Positions 63,785 through 64,000 of a stretch of 64,000 nt of DNA are shown here, in pieces (position 1 is the stretch's first letter; each line of letters begins with the position of its first letter). Under the pieces are notes generated by a model, which did no database searches, had not been told where the DNA came from, and saw only the letters and a program-made list of their open reading frames with translations. Position numbers and translations under genes: made by a program. Origin of the DNA: Botryllus schlosseri (taxonomy: Eukaryota); the NCBI GenBank assembly GCA_051294905.1, contig CM119372.1:4962001-5026000 (forward strand), given 5' to 3'.

Positions 63785-64000
63785 GTATTGTTGTCATCAG
63801 TTGATCTCTTGAAAAAATGTTATGATTCTGTGCAATATCGAATCATTGATCAGTATGGAAAATTTTTAGCAGAATATGTTTCTTGAGTTGAAAGTAGTAG
63901 TAATCGCGGCGAGGTACAGTAACATGCAAAAACTATTTGAAGCAGAAGTACAAATTGAAGGTAGGGATATCATTCGAGTAGTTTCATTATGTAGATTTGG

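Overview
Intron-rich, AT-rich eukaryotic (animal) genomic DNA with many short GT-AG introns of about 50-90 nt and a heavy load of DNA transposons. An invertebrate chordate such as a tunicate is a guess; the species cannot be read from the sequence. I reconstructed six protein-coding loci by hand. (1) The 5' part of a secreted transferrin-family gene (-, runs off the left edge). (2) A GT31/beta-1,3-glycosyltransferase (-). (3) NAB, an NGFI-A/EGR co-repressor (-). (4) A CK2-beta gene with an intronless CDS (+). (5) A PPIG/NKTR-type RS-cyclophilin (+). (6) Directly downstream, a large RS/lysine-rich gene with an NKTR-like WQPPLExGEEE motif (+, probably runs off the right edge). Introns and intergenic DNA hold many hAT elements with verifiable target-site duplications (several nested), a P-element-like foldback with perfect 275-bp arms, a Tc1/mariner-like element, young L2/CR1-type LINE 3' ends and tRNA-derived SINEs. 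The most interesting leads are: a pair of frame-compensating candidate micro-exons (23+19 nt) in the cyclophilin gene; the PPIG plus NKTR-like tandem arrangement, possibly one locus; a transferrin whose iron-ligand Asp is replaced by His; and the intronless CK2-beta. No CRISPR array, rRNA or intact tRNA gene was found. All protein-family and motif comparisons are from memory and were not checked by database search.
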